Below are positions 8,901 through 18,231 of a stretch of DNA of 20,000 nt, piece after piece. The DNA is taken from contig JARQWU010000017.1 of assembly GCA_040182905.1 (NCBI GenBank), positions 56,574 through 76,573 on the forward strand. The letters run 5' to 3'. The stretch's first letter is position 1. The number at the start of each line of letters is the position of its first letter. The notes under the pieces were generated by a model. The model searched no databases and was not told the origin of the DNA. It worked only from the letters and a program-made list of their open reading frames with translations. The translations under genes and the position numbers were made by a program. Source of the DNA: Barthelona sp. PAP020. Its lineage: Eukaryota.

Positions 8901-9290
8901 TTGTGTTTGGTAAATATGAATGAAGCAAATGCCTTGTTGAGAGAAAATTTTTTGTACAATTCAACTGAAAATTGCATTTTAGAATATTTTGAAAAGAACA
9001 GTTATAGAGCTTTATTTTTGGATTGGTTTAAAGATTTGCAAGAATTGATCAGACATGATGTTGTGAATGAACCTGCTTTTGAAATATTCTATTCAAAATT
9101 TACAGAACTTTTGAATGATGGTGATATTGATTTTGCAAATGATTTGATTGCTGATACTGTTAAAGAAATGAGTGATAATGTCAATACATTACCAGAATCT
9201 GTGATGAGAAGCGTGCAAAGAAATATTGTTGGTTTTTTGAAAACTCATAAGTTCTTACTGAATATGTATGCAACAAGTTCCAGCATATAA
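5982..9290 (+). CDS. CFAP61: Cilia- and flagella-associated protein 61 (radial spoke / calmodulin-spoke complex)
   Basis: VRRATLEDI and DVPCSYFNTMFL in the N-terminal domain. INKRLVFVGAS, IKYDELVLTVG and FQTSDEHIYAAG form the degenerate FAD/NAD-fold. Length ~1100 aa; first ATG at 5982. Confidence 0.88.
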   Translation: MSSISVRRATLEDISEIEDVLKDVLYFLSRKHGEITLYELIEQQAISQLCYLEDKLIGFMCFDFLPLVELNQWQNLFDVPCSYFNTMFLNYCFIDPTYFEEVTNIMLVSMFNTVSRIDYLLTPYKYSEVTIPLPNLECNQLANDLNVTLLRRDKIVPTLVCSRSDIQDSDDIIEIFNETTITKDQDVGDFFIAHTIIDSLKDKDLEVVTVRSKNEVIGFLKIQKNNSLVLKNLKSCYDLVSFELSVENCMFIELCCFKNGTEARFCDVLSYLFEQFEHIHYITLQVYCDSKAPDYVDQFNYVQPTIYNIDKVLYIASRKGFLGYNSLKTSFDDNIVKLEHGNQIVAGLECHFANEDEVEMIVEFYHSSQYLGTFSRQMLPKILVIDAFNIPADYYFFTRYLLQEALRFSSCVSCAYFSNIDTKLPDFLNNLQFIQPRNVGHIPSGNSTLNKHCKNRKYPLCPLQLTTKSLLTIQQQHINKRLVFVGASETTLGAIEELLLHSTYVRYNCIFVCSTFKFFCPYHAYHKDKFVDMNKACLLDCEKFNLPSDLRLYYSLLISLSYSPTYIERLGIYSRITQIEGKLTSLQTNASIESVSTLTNKRTPNTDIFGNGSITINDSIEIKYDELVLTVGDQDPTKTQLINTTPCDDIINLASPSNPLEWKSTIESLLQQYEEFEATQQTRPFQIVLLATYGVVFGVLQLLLEVGFNTDNIVVICPLEELPILTMNPNLNATIFEHFEQQEINVLMNSSLINVELKYDCLNAVMIERIKDGESMHEILPCDYLITFADEDISVDFFNVVDKAGLLFDGGALIGPNFQTSDEHIYAAGKCANFRKFLKVEQTFAEVSAREVGNILGKSLNSVVNPFFADDEKLPSFNLNSDPKILAKLRKACPIFSQPQLSGCLTYERMIIVAGYAVSPYLNEDVIFDNIFTDSAKGIVSITCDQKTGSIIELEALCAFNSCLLCFEPLQHLLCLVNMNEANALLRENFLYNSTENCILEYFEKNSYRALFLDWFKDLQELIRHDVVNEPAFEIFYSKFTELLNDGDIDFANDLIADTVKEMSDNVNTLPESVMRSVQRNIVGFLKTHKFLLNMYATSSSI

Positions 9291-9306
9291 TATTGTTGTA
9301 TTTATG

Positions 9307-9416
9307 TGTTGCAATGCTGTTGAATCAGACTGAAATAAATCATGTGTAAAACTTTTTTTTTTTTGTTTCTTCACTTTATTTTGTACTTCATTCTTGCTGA
9401 TTCAACCTCTGTAACA
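9307..9416 (+). repeat. Inverted repeat / stem-loop in the CFAP61 3' region
   Basis: Perfect 10-bp pair GTTGAATCAG (9319-28) / CTGATTCAAC (9397-9406), flanked by TGTTGCA (9307-13) / TGTAACA (9410-16; one G-U on the + strand). Confidence 0.7.
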
Positions 9417-9522
9417 TGAAATTAAAAAAAAAATCTCTTTCCTCACACTATTTATTCAATTAATATTTTATTTCGAGAAAAATTGTCTAATAGTATTTTG
9501 TTGGCTCATTTTTATCAAATGC

Positions 9523-12500
9523 TTAATCCATGTCATGCTCTTCTTCTTCTTCTTCTTCATTATCGTCTTTGGCATCCACTTCTTCTTTGTGATTGGTTAT
9601 TTCAGTATATTTGTATTGTTTGGATTCAACTAAGAACATCTTAAACAAATTATTAAACTGCTCAGTTTCATCCAAAAGAGTGAAACATTGAGAAGCAAAA
9701 TTGACAACATCATCAACTGTAAATGTATAACCATAGTTTTGTAAAAGAATGGCCAATAAATATGTTTGAACAATAGTGACATTAGAATTTAAATCAACTT
9801 GTATATCATTATCCTGTAAAAACGACAGTTGTTCATCAGGTATATTCAAATCAACACGAATCAAATCAACTTTAACCATAGAAAATATGAAAGCTAACAC
9901 ACGAATTAACTGTTTAAATGCATATTTATGTAATCCATCTGTCAAAATGGTAAATAACCTGGAAATAATCTCAAAATATGCTGAACATGTTATTTCATGG
10001 GCAATTGTGCCTTGTCTTGCTCCACCTTTTAAAAAGTTCTTTAATGTATCTAAAGAACGACTAGATATCGTTGGATCAGTGTGACTAATACCCCAAAGAA
10101 TAATCTCAATTAAATCTTGATGTTCTTCACTGGATAAAGAGGAAGTCATGGAGATAAAATTATATTGAACCATGCTTTCAATTAATTCAAAAAATGATGC
10201 TCTTAAAGGTGCTTGTTCAGTCATACTACCCTTAATTTCCTCAAAAGTGTTTGAAATTAAATCCCAAACAATTCGAACATCACTTTTTTGTCTTAATTTC
10301 TTCACAATGATAACAAACAACCTTAACATTTCAGAATTCTTAATTCCTTCTTTCAAATCAACCCAATACATGTTAACTTCATCAGTTAATGTTTTGACAT
10401 AAGTTTTAGCATCATTTGGAGATGCATTCTTAACAAAAGTCTTCAATAATCTTAATGCTTCAGATACATTTCCCTTAACTAAAGGAACAACAGGACTATC
10501 ATGATATCCGCTAATCTTATTCATGATCATGAGACATGAACTCAAAAGCTCATTGACATCATTTCCAATATCGTTCATTGTGCTTTGGTATGCTCGTTTG
10601 AGACTACGACACACACTCACATTCACCCTAAGTGCCATATTTATGTTTGCAAAAGACTCATAATAATCTATCATACCATCGTTACCACTGAGAAATTCTT
10701 GAACGTTCTCATCATCATTCAAAGCTTCTCTCAATTCAACCAAATTTAACTCTTGAATTTCGGTGGTTAAGGTATCATTAATTTCTTTCAAAAGAGATTT
10801 TATCAATTCTTCACGTCTAGTAACATTAGCTTGAGCACCAATAAATGCCGCAATAGCTTCATAGAACACAATTAAATTATCTTTTTTCAAAGGAGATGTC
10901 AAAGTGCTCCAACTACTTAAAATATGGTCAATAAATGGTCTATCTTCAAATCCATGGCTAGTTTGAATATGTTTAGATCCATTCATATTCGCTCCAACAG
11001 CTCGAACCTCATGAATGCTCAAACATACATTCTTTGGTGCTTTTCTAGCGATTTTCAACAATGTGTCGACTGCCATCTCTTGAATACCTTCATATTTGTT
11101 ACCAATGAATTTAAATAACTTTTTAATAACAACTTTTTGGAATGACCAATTCTCATCTAATAATCTGGGATAAGAAGCACAAACATACATTACGTTAGCG
11201 GCAACTGCTGCTTGTTGATCAGCTTCAGCAACTTCATGAGATAAATCAATCAAATGATGAACAATTGAAGGAACAAAATCTCTTTCAATTTTATAAATCA
11301 AAGCACTACTGATTGCTCCAGACATCCAACAGATTCTGTTCATCATCAAAAGGTCCAAAGGTTGATTTTCTGTAGTTTCTCTTAAAAGATTCAATAATGT
11401 TGAAGTCACTTGTTCAGGCATTAATAAAGTAAGAAAAACTGAAATTTGAGCTTCGTCATTGAAATTAGCAAGATTTTCTGATCTTTCCAACTTGAGTCTT
11501 TGTGTTTCCCCAGTATTTTCATCTTGACTAATGAGGATTTCTTCAGGAGAATGGAATTTTTGAACTAATGCACCAATTACTGAATATCCTAATTGTGAAT
11601 AAAAGCGCCCAAATCTTGAACTATATGTGTTAGAAGCAGAATCAGCATGTAATGCAGCAAAAAACTTTCGGAAAAATTCAAGTACAATTCTAAATATTTC
11701 TTTATCTTCAATATTCCACAACAATAGGAGGTAACCAAATAATAAGTTAAAATATTTAAAAAACATCAAGAATTCCAAACTATCGTCGGTTACATTGACA
11801 GAAATAGTACCAATTTCTTCTAAATTATTCATACCAATACCTAAATTGTTTGATGAAGTTAGAATATACTTTTCAAATGCATTAACAATAGGACCTCGTA
11901 AGATAGATGTTAAAAAGACTACAACACAACGAATAAAATGTTGTTGATTTGTTGGCAAACTCATGTAAGATTCGTCCATATCGTATTCAGTTTCCAAACT
12001 ATAAGAAAAAAATTGCATCAATTGAATGACATCGCCATTTTCCTTTGCATCCTCTAAATCAGACATATTCACAGTCTCAGTTGGTAATATCTGTAAAAGA
12101 GCATCCATGAATAATACAACCAATTCAATGAACATAGAATCCCCCACAGAGGTGATATCCATCTCAGTAATTTCGATTAAACACTCCATAACATCAGCCC
12201 TTAAATCTTCAACAGGTAGCAAATCGTTGATTAAAATTTTCAGCAAATTTAATCCAATCTCACTCAAACTAGTTGTGATCCAACTAAGATATTCTTTTAA
12301 ACACTTAAGAGAAGCTTGAACCAACGGTATGTTTGTGGTATTGTTTAAAACAAAAATATTCAATTCAAAAACTTTCTCCCATTGCTTTTCCAATATCAAT
12401 CGAAGACTTGTAATTCTATCTTGTGTTAAATGTTGTGCTTTCAAAGAAAACAACTCACGTGACAACAACATCAAAACATGTAAATTGTTACGACATAAAC

Positions 12501-12993
12501 TTTCAGAAGTTTTAGCACTATCAACTAAAGTTTGCAATAATTCATCCGATTCTTCAGATAACGTCCATTCTCGAATCATTATTTGCACAAAAACATTATT
12601 GAATTGTTTAACTAATGGCATAAATTCTTCGTATTGTTCACTATCATTGGATAATTCATAAATTAGGGAAGAAACAAAATTTTTTATTCCAATTTGATCT
12701 TCTTCATCCAATAATAACCATTTAAATTTTACTAAATCTTCCAAAACAACAGAAGCTAAAAACTTTGTCTCCATATGTTCAGCATTTGTCAAAATTGTGT
12801 CGCATATAGTCCAAGCTCTTGGCTCATCTTTGAATTGAGTTAATAATTTTTGGGCTTCGCTTTGCTATTAAGGTTAGTTATTGATAAATTAGAAAAAAAA
12901 AACAGCTTCTCCATCTCCATGATAGGCAGTTTCAACAACCAAATCTAAAGCTCCAACATCATAATCATCAGTGATATCTAAAATAGTATCCAT
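9523..12993 (-). CDS. XPO1: Exportin-1/CRM1; join(12993..12904,12864..9523), 1143 aa
   Basis: Spliced N-terminus MDTILDI...DVGALDLVVETAYHGDGEA|QSEAQKLLTQFKDEPRAWTICDTIL. Also GIKNFV, SAKTSESLCRNNL..L.LLS.E.F, PEEILI (acidic loop), ICW..GAIS, YPR.L..NW.F.K.V..KLF, G.QEMA.DT..KIA, LTDGLHK. Confidence 0.93.
12865..12903 (-). other. 39-nt spliceosomal intron in XPO1 (phase 0)
   Basis: GTTTTTTTTTTCTAATTTATCAATAACTAACCTTAATAG: GT..AG ends, in-frame TAA/TAG stops, branch motif ACTAAC. Removal joins two CRM1-homologous segments in frame. Confidence 0.9.
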
Positions 12994-13054
12994 AAAATAT
13001 GAAAAGATATTGGAAAAAACAAAATTCAATTATTTTTTTTGTTCTTTCGTAATT

Positions 13055-16050
13055 ATGGACAGTGCAACCGAAATTATTGATGGAGCGTTGCAAAGTCTTA
13101 AAACTGCATTAAATCCTGAGCTAAATTCTTCATTGAATTCAGATGTCAATTCAAATACAATTATTAACTATTTACAGTTGATTTGTGAAACTATTGAGCG
13201 GTATTTATTTTTGTTATTATTATTTAATCTAACTTTTAAAGAGATACAAATGCATATTATTTGAAACATTTGTTATTTGAAAGCAAATTTGATTTTGAAG
13301 GATTAATTATTGTAATAATTCGATTTATTCATTTTTATTCAGCTGATGAAGGACTTATGCCTTTTCACACCCCTGAATGTAGAAGGGCGGCTTTAAATTT
13401 TTTAAACAATTTCAATTATTATTTTTCTACTTCACAAAATCAAGAAAATGCTGAAGAGATCAGGACCAGACAAGAACTTGCTTTGCGTTTTACTAGCTAT
13501 TTTGTCAGCAATCATGGGATCAAAGAAGTAATTGATTTAATTAGGATTGAAGATAATCCTGATACTCGAGCAGTTGCTATTGAAACTTTGGGATCATTAT
13601 GTCACTCAAATGATCTTTGTTTGAAAAAAGCTGTTGCTGAAAATGTAATTCCTGTATTGTTAAGTCGTTTACAAACTGATAAGTGGGATATTGTTAGACG
13701 TTGGTCTGCCAGTGTTCTTTCTTATATAGCTAGACGTTATTCAAAACAATTTTTTGAAGTTAATGGACTTGAGGTAATGCTTTCAATTTTAAAACTAGAT
13801 CCTCACCCTAATGTTCAAGCAGATTCTGCTGAAATCATTTCAATTTTACTCACTGAACTTCCTAGTCTAATGGAAACCATAATTGACCATAATTTTCTTG
13901 AAATATTGACAGATGTGTTGAAAGAAGGCTCTGAAATTGTAGTTCGTGAGGTATTACGATTGATTGAAAAGATTTTATCTTTTTCACATTTGTATTCATC
14001 TTTTATTGAGAAATTCATTACGAATGCAGGATATTTTACTGTTTTAAAGCTGATTGAAGATGAATCTGATGATATTTCGAGAAGAGCTATTCGATTAATC
14101 CGTATCTTAGTTCAAAAAGCGCCAGTTCATCTTCGTTTCCCTATTTTACTTGTTGGCAGAAGACACTCATTAAATTGTATTTTATCTTGTGCTCGTGAAG
14201 CATTTATTCCTCCTTCTGCTGATGTTTTAGAATCACCAACCTTATTGAAACGATTAGAATGTGCTTTAACCCTTGCATGGTGTTGCACTTGTGATAAAAT
14301 GTGCATTCAATATCTCAGAAAATCCCTTGAGATCAGTCCTACAGATCTTGAAGCAAAAGGATCCATTTTAATTAGATCTCTCTTATTGTTGGATGAAAAC
14401 TCCCTCATAAATATTCCTTTATTGAATGTATGTGGTTACCGTTTGAATGGGCTTGGTAATGATGATCTAGGTGTTGGATATTGGACCCAAGATAAAGAAG
14501 GAAATCAAACTTTGCAATTTAAAGAATTTGTCAGGCATATGTTTGAGGTTGTTAATGTTGTTCCTCTTCCTGTTGATATTTTGAATGAGAAATGTGTGTC
14601 TTTAGAAGCAGAAGAAGCATGGCAAAAAGATATTGATCCCTATTATTCTAAAGAAATTAAATTTGACCTTACAGCGAGTAAGCATCGAAATATTGATGCG
14701 AAATTAACTCATTGTCTTCTTTTGAAATTTCTTGCTGAAGCATTTGTTTCTGATGATGAGACTGCTGAAGCCTTCATTTCAAAGCATAAAAAGTCAATGA
14801 AACAGGCGACTTTTAATCCTGTTGCATTCACTCAAGCAACCACTCCCATATCTTCCAAAAGAATTAACTCTCCTCTAAGAACAAATAACAAACCTAAAAT
14901 TACACCCAAAGCCATGTCAACAATGAAACCAGAACCTAAAGCAGTTACTGTGGTTAATACCACTCCTGTTATTATCAAAAATAAAGCAGTTAGATCTCCT
15001 GTATCTCCTGAACTTCCCTTTTCTCCTGCTGGAATTCTTCATAGAGCTTTAGATGATAAAGCTGTTTTTGCTACAACTTTACCTGAAGTAAAAGTCAGTT
15101 TAAAAGGAGTTAATGATGATCTGTTAGAGTTTAACTTTGCTGGTACCACTTTAACTGAAGATGAATTGACTGAAATATATGGAAGAGTTGAAGAATTTTA
15201 CAGAAAAGGAGATAAAAAGTTGCGAATGATTCCTGTTAGACCCGATACCAAAGATCAACGTAAGACTTTAAAGACGAAGGTTCATTTGGCAAAGAAATTG
15301 AAAGATGCTTCTATTGATTTGTGGAAATGCGTTGATGCATTGGGCTTTGAGTATGTTAAACAAATAGCTGCTGAATGTTCTGAAACAGGTTTCCTTTCAA
15401 AAGACACTTTAACACTTTGTGGATTGATTGCCAAGAAAAAAGTTGCTTTGTTTGAGAAGAATCTTGTTGAATTCAAAAAGAAAGAAAGTGAATCAAAGCA
15501 AATTTACCAAAAAGAAAAAACAAAAATTATGAAAAAGAATGTAAAACGTCAAAAGGAAGGTAAAGAACCCATAGCAGACCCCATTCATTTGCTCATTGAT
15601 GCTGAAGAAGAAACTAAAAAATCAATCAGTATTACTGATGTGGATAGAAATTATAAAAAGTGGCAACGTGAAGAAAAAGAAAGAGTTTTAGAAGAAAAGG
15701 TCAGAGCCTTAGAAGAATTGAGACAGCCTCGTAAAAAAACATATGTCAGACCTTCATTTGAAGTTAAAATGAGTGCTGCTGATAAAGCCAAGGAGGAAAC
15801 AAAGAAAAAGAAACTTCAACAAGCTGAAGAAATGGCAAGATTGAATCAAAAAGAAGCAGAAAATAAAGGTGATGATGATGATGATGAAAATGATGATGAT
15901 GAAGTTGTTGCAAAGGAAAGTAAAGAAGAAGAAGTTACAGTGGAAACTGAAATTACAAATGTTAATGACAAAGATAACGCTGTGAATGACCCTATTGCCA
16001 ATGTTGAAGCTGATGATAATTCTTTTACTGAGCTAAAGGATTCAGAGTAA
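13055..16050 (+). CDS. ARM/HEAT-repeat protein with Pro/Thr/Lys-rich linker, coiled-coil and acidic tail; join(13055..13200,13242..16050), 984 aa; function unknown
   Basis: Repeated ARM-like units (GIKEVIDLI...TRAVAIETLGSLC; VIPVLLSRL...VRRWSASVLSYIA; GLEVMLSIL...VQADSAEIISIL). The track ORF starts at TTG 13261; splicing links it in frame to the ATG at 13055. Confidence 0.8.
13201..13241 (+). other. 41-nt spliceosomal intron (phase 2) in the ARM-repeat gene
   Basis: GTATTTATTTTTGTTATTATTATTTAATCTAACTTTTAAAG. Removal gives CG|A GAT ACA AAT GCA TAT TAT TTG, in frame with the 929-codon ORF. Confidence 0.88.
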
Positions 16051-16194
16051 TCTCATCACAACAATCATGTTTCCACCTCTAATTGATTGTGTGAAACTAT
16101 TTAATTTTGATCATTTGATCCTTTAAATAAAAAAGATGAACCCATATGTATTTTTTTTTTTTACAGTTGAAAAGAATTAAAAAAAATTGAACAT

Positions 16195-16713
16195 TCAAAA
16201 AACAAAATCTGTGTTGGACAAAAAAGAGTCTCCTTCTTCTGGCAAGTCTAATTCATCAAAATACAAGATATTTTTACCTTCGTGCAGTTTAAAAGGGTGG
16301 AAAAATTCCTCATTAGAAGAACTACAACTAAAATATAGCAAACGACCATTATCAAACACTCTATAAATGTTCATATCTTTATCAACCAAAACTTCATCTG
16401 AAATTTGCAATAAACTCAATGAACTGTTCAAAGATGGCAAAGGCCAGAAAGGAAAATCTGTTGAATCAAAAGAAATAACCTTTTGTTGGGATATATAAAT
16501 TATTTTGTTCAATTTTCTGTCTCTTATTCTCTTGAAGCCATCATTGAATAAACAAACTTCTTTTTCTTCATAAAAATCATAATCACAAATTTGGAAAAAA
16601 GTTTCCTCTTCATCATGAATTCTGACTCTTGAATATCGGGGGACGTGCAAAAAACAATCAACAATTAAAGCAAAAAATAAAAATATAGTCAGAAACTTAA
16701 ATAATTGAATCAT
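16195..16713 (-). CDS. Hypothetical secreted protein (172 aa)
   Basis: ATG-initiated ORF filling the gap between neighbours, with a signal-peptide-like N-terminus MIQLFKFLTIFLFFALIVDC. No family recognised. Confidence 0.7.
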   Translation of the reverse strand: MIQLFKFLTIFLFFALIVDCFLHVPRYSRVRIHDEEETFFQICDYDFYEEKEVCLFNDGFKRIRDRKLNKIIYISQQKVISFDSTDFPFWPLPSLNSSLSLLQISDEVLVDKDMNIYRVFDNGRLLYFSCSSSNEEFFHPFKLHEGKNILYFDELDLPEEGDSFLSNTDFVF

Positions 16714-16764
16714 TCCATCGACGTATTAAAAAATTGACAAAAAAAAAATCAACAAAAAAGAACA

Positions 16765-17433
16765 TCAATTTAAATCATTTATTGCAATTCTCTGACTAGA
16801 TTCAAAAATGGTACAACAAGTGTCATGAAAAGTGAGTCCTTTTTCAGTTTTGATGCAAGGAAATTCAAATTCATCTCTTGATAAAATTTTTCGACAATCT
16901 GAACAAGGTTCATCAAATATAGTTTTGTATTTCAATAGCAATGGAGCCACTCTATCCAAGGGCATGTTAGCACAATATGGATTCAAATAATTTGTAATTC
17001 GTTGAAATAATTGATAATTAGATGGTCTAAAAGGTATTTCGTAAACTTTTCTGAACGAAATCAACAAACAAAAAAACGTGTTTTCCATTTCAGCATATTC
17101 AATATCGATTCCAAACAATCTATCAACATTAAATGACAATGAATTGTCACTATTTTCAACAACAGACACATTATTGGGAGAAAAACCTATTTGTAAAAAT
17201 TGAACAAAATTGCCAACAGTCTTCGTCGACATTGACTGCATTTGTGGTATATCTTTCGAAATAAATAATGAGCTATAATGTGCAATCGAATTATCTAAAG
17301 TATTTAATTGATGTCTAATTTGATCGGTCTTTTGTTGGTATTCTTTTTCCCATTTTTCAATGGAATTATCGTTTGCAATTGTTAACAATTCATGCACTGA
17401 AGTTCTTAATTCTAATAATACACCTAAATCCAT
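16765..17433 (-). CDS. MED27: Mediator subunit MED27
   Basis: SNYQLFQRIT and Y..IF..PC..C.K.L......P.......FHDTC match the MED27 C-terminal zinc-binding region (human SNYQVFQKVT...LFQAPCQRCGK...AFHDTC). Confidence 0.85.
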   Translation of the reverse strand: MDLGVLLELRTSVHELLTIANDNSIEKWEKEYQQKTDQIRHQLNTLDNSIAHYSSLFISKDIPQMQSMSTKTVGNFVQFLQIGFSPNNVSVVENSDNSLSFNVDRLFGIDIEYAEMENTFFCLLISFRKVYEIPFRPSNYQLFQRITNYLNPYCANMPLDRVAPLLLKYKTIFDEPCSDCRKILSRDEFEFPCIKTEKGLTFHDTCCTIFESSQRIAINDLN

Positions 17434-17484
17434 AAAGAAAAAAAAGAATTGGGTATCTTTTTTTTTTGTTGAAATCTTCTTTCA

Positions 17485-17916
17485 ATGTCATCTGATAGTG
17501 TCAAAAATACACAAGAAAATACTGTTGAGACACAAAATATTGTGAACAACAATTTTCAAAGGGATTTAGAAAAATTACCCTTTCTAGACCGACTTATAGC
17601 TGAATCGACAACACCAGGAATGTCTCCGTGGATGGAAAAGGTTATTAAAGTTGTGTTAATTTTATGTTGTTGTATCTATCCAATTGTTCCAGTTTTGACT
17701 TTCTATTTTGCAAAAACTCACATTAAAATTCAGTCAATAATAATGGAATTTTTATTAATTGGACTTACTGTCATTTTTTTTAAATTTTGTAAAGACTTTA
17801 GAAATACAACATATTTGAAAGATATCCACAAAGAAAAAAAAATTCCTGCACCAAAATCTTCAAAAAAGAAAACTGATACTAATGAAGATACAAAACTAAA
17901 AGACAAAAAAGATTGA
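17485..17916 (+). CDS. Small 2-TM protein, Pkr1-like (ER V-ATPase assembly factor family)
   Basis: FLDRLIAESTTPGMSP, two hydrophobic helices, L.IGL....FKF and a charged tail resemble Pkr1 (F..L.ESIF.PG..P...GL.....WF). Confidence 0.6.
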   Translation: MSSDSVKNTQENTVETQNIVNNNFQRDLEKLPFLDRLIAESTTPGMSPWMEKVIKVVLILCCCIYPIVPVLTFYFAKTHIKIQSIIMEFLLIGLTVIFFKFCKDFRNTTYLKDIHKEKKIPAPKSSKKKTDTNEDTKLKDKKD

Positions 17917-18231
17917 TTTTTATGAATTATACATTGTTCTCTTATTTTTTTGTTTAAATTTTTTTTCGCAAATTTATAAAATTTTGAGTCAATATTAAAT
18001 GTTAAGACAGTGTTTCATACACCAATGAATTGAAAGAATTTTACCCTTTTTTAATTGTTGAATAAACGAAAAGTTTTTTTTTTTATCAAATGATAATATC
18101 AGTCATCAAAAGAATCAAAAAGTTTTTAATAAACATAAAAAAATTTCCAATGAATGAAAATGAAGAGGAACCAAAAAAAATTTGAAGCAACGTTTCTCGA
18201 ATTCTTTTTGTTAAAAATTATTATCAAAACA

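Noticed and set aside
18154..18231. Upstream ATG extension of TMEM120
   Set aside because: A/T-tract promoter-like sequence; the ATG at 18232 gives a more typical start.
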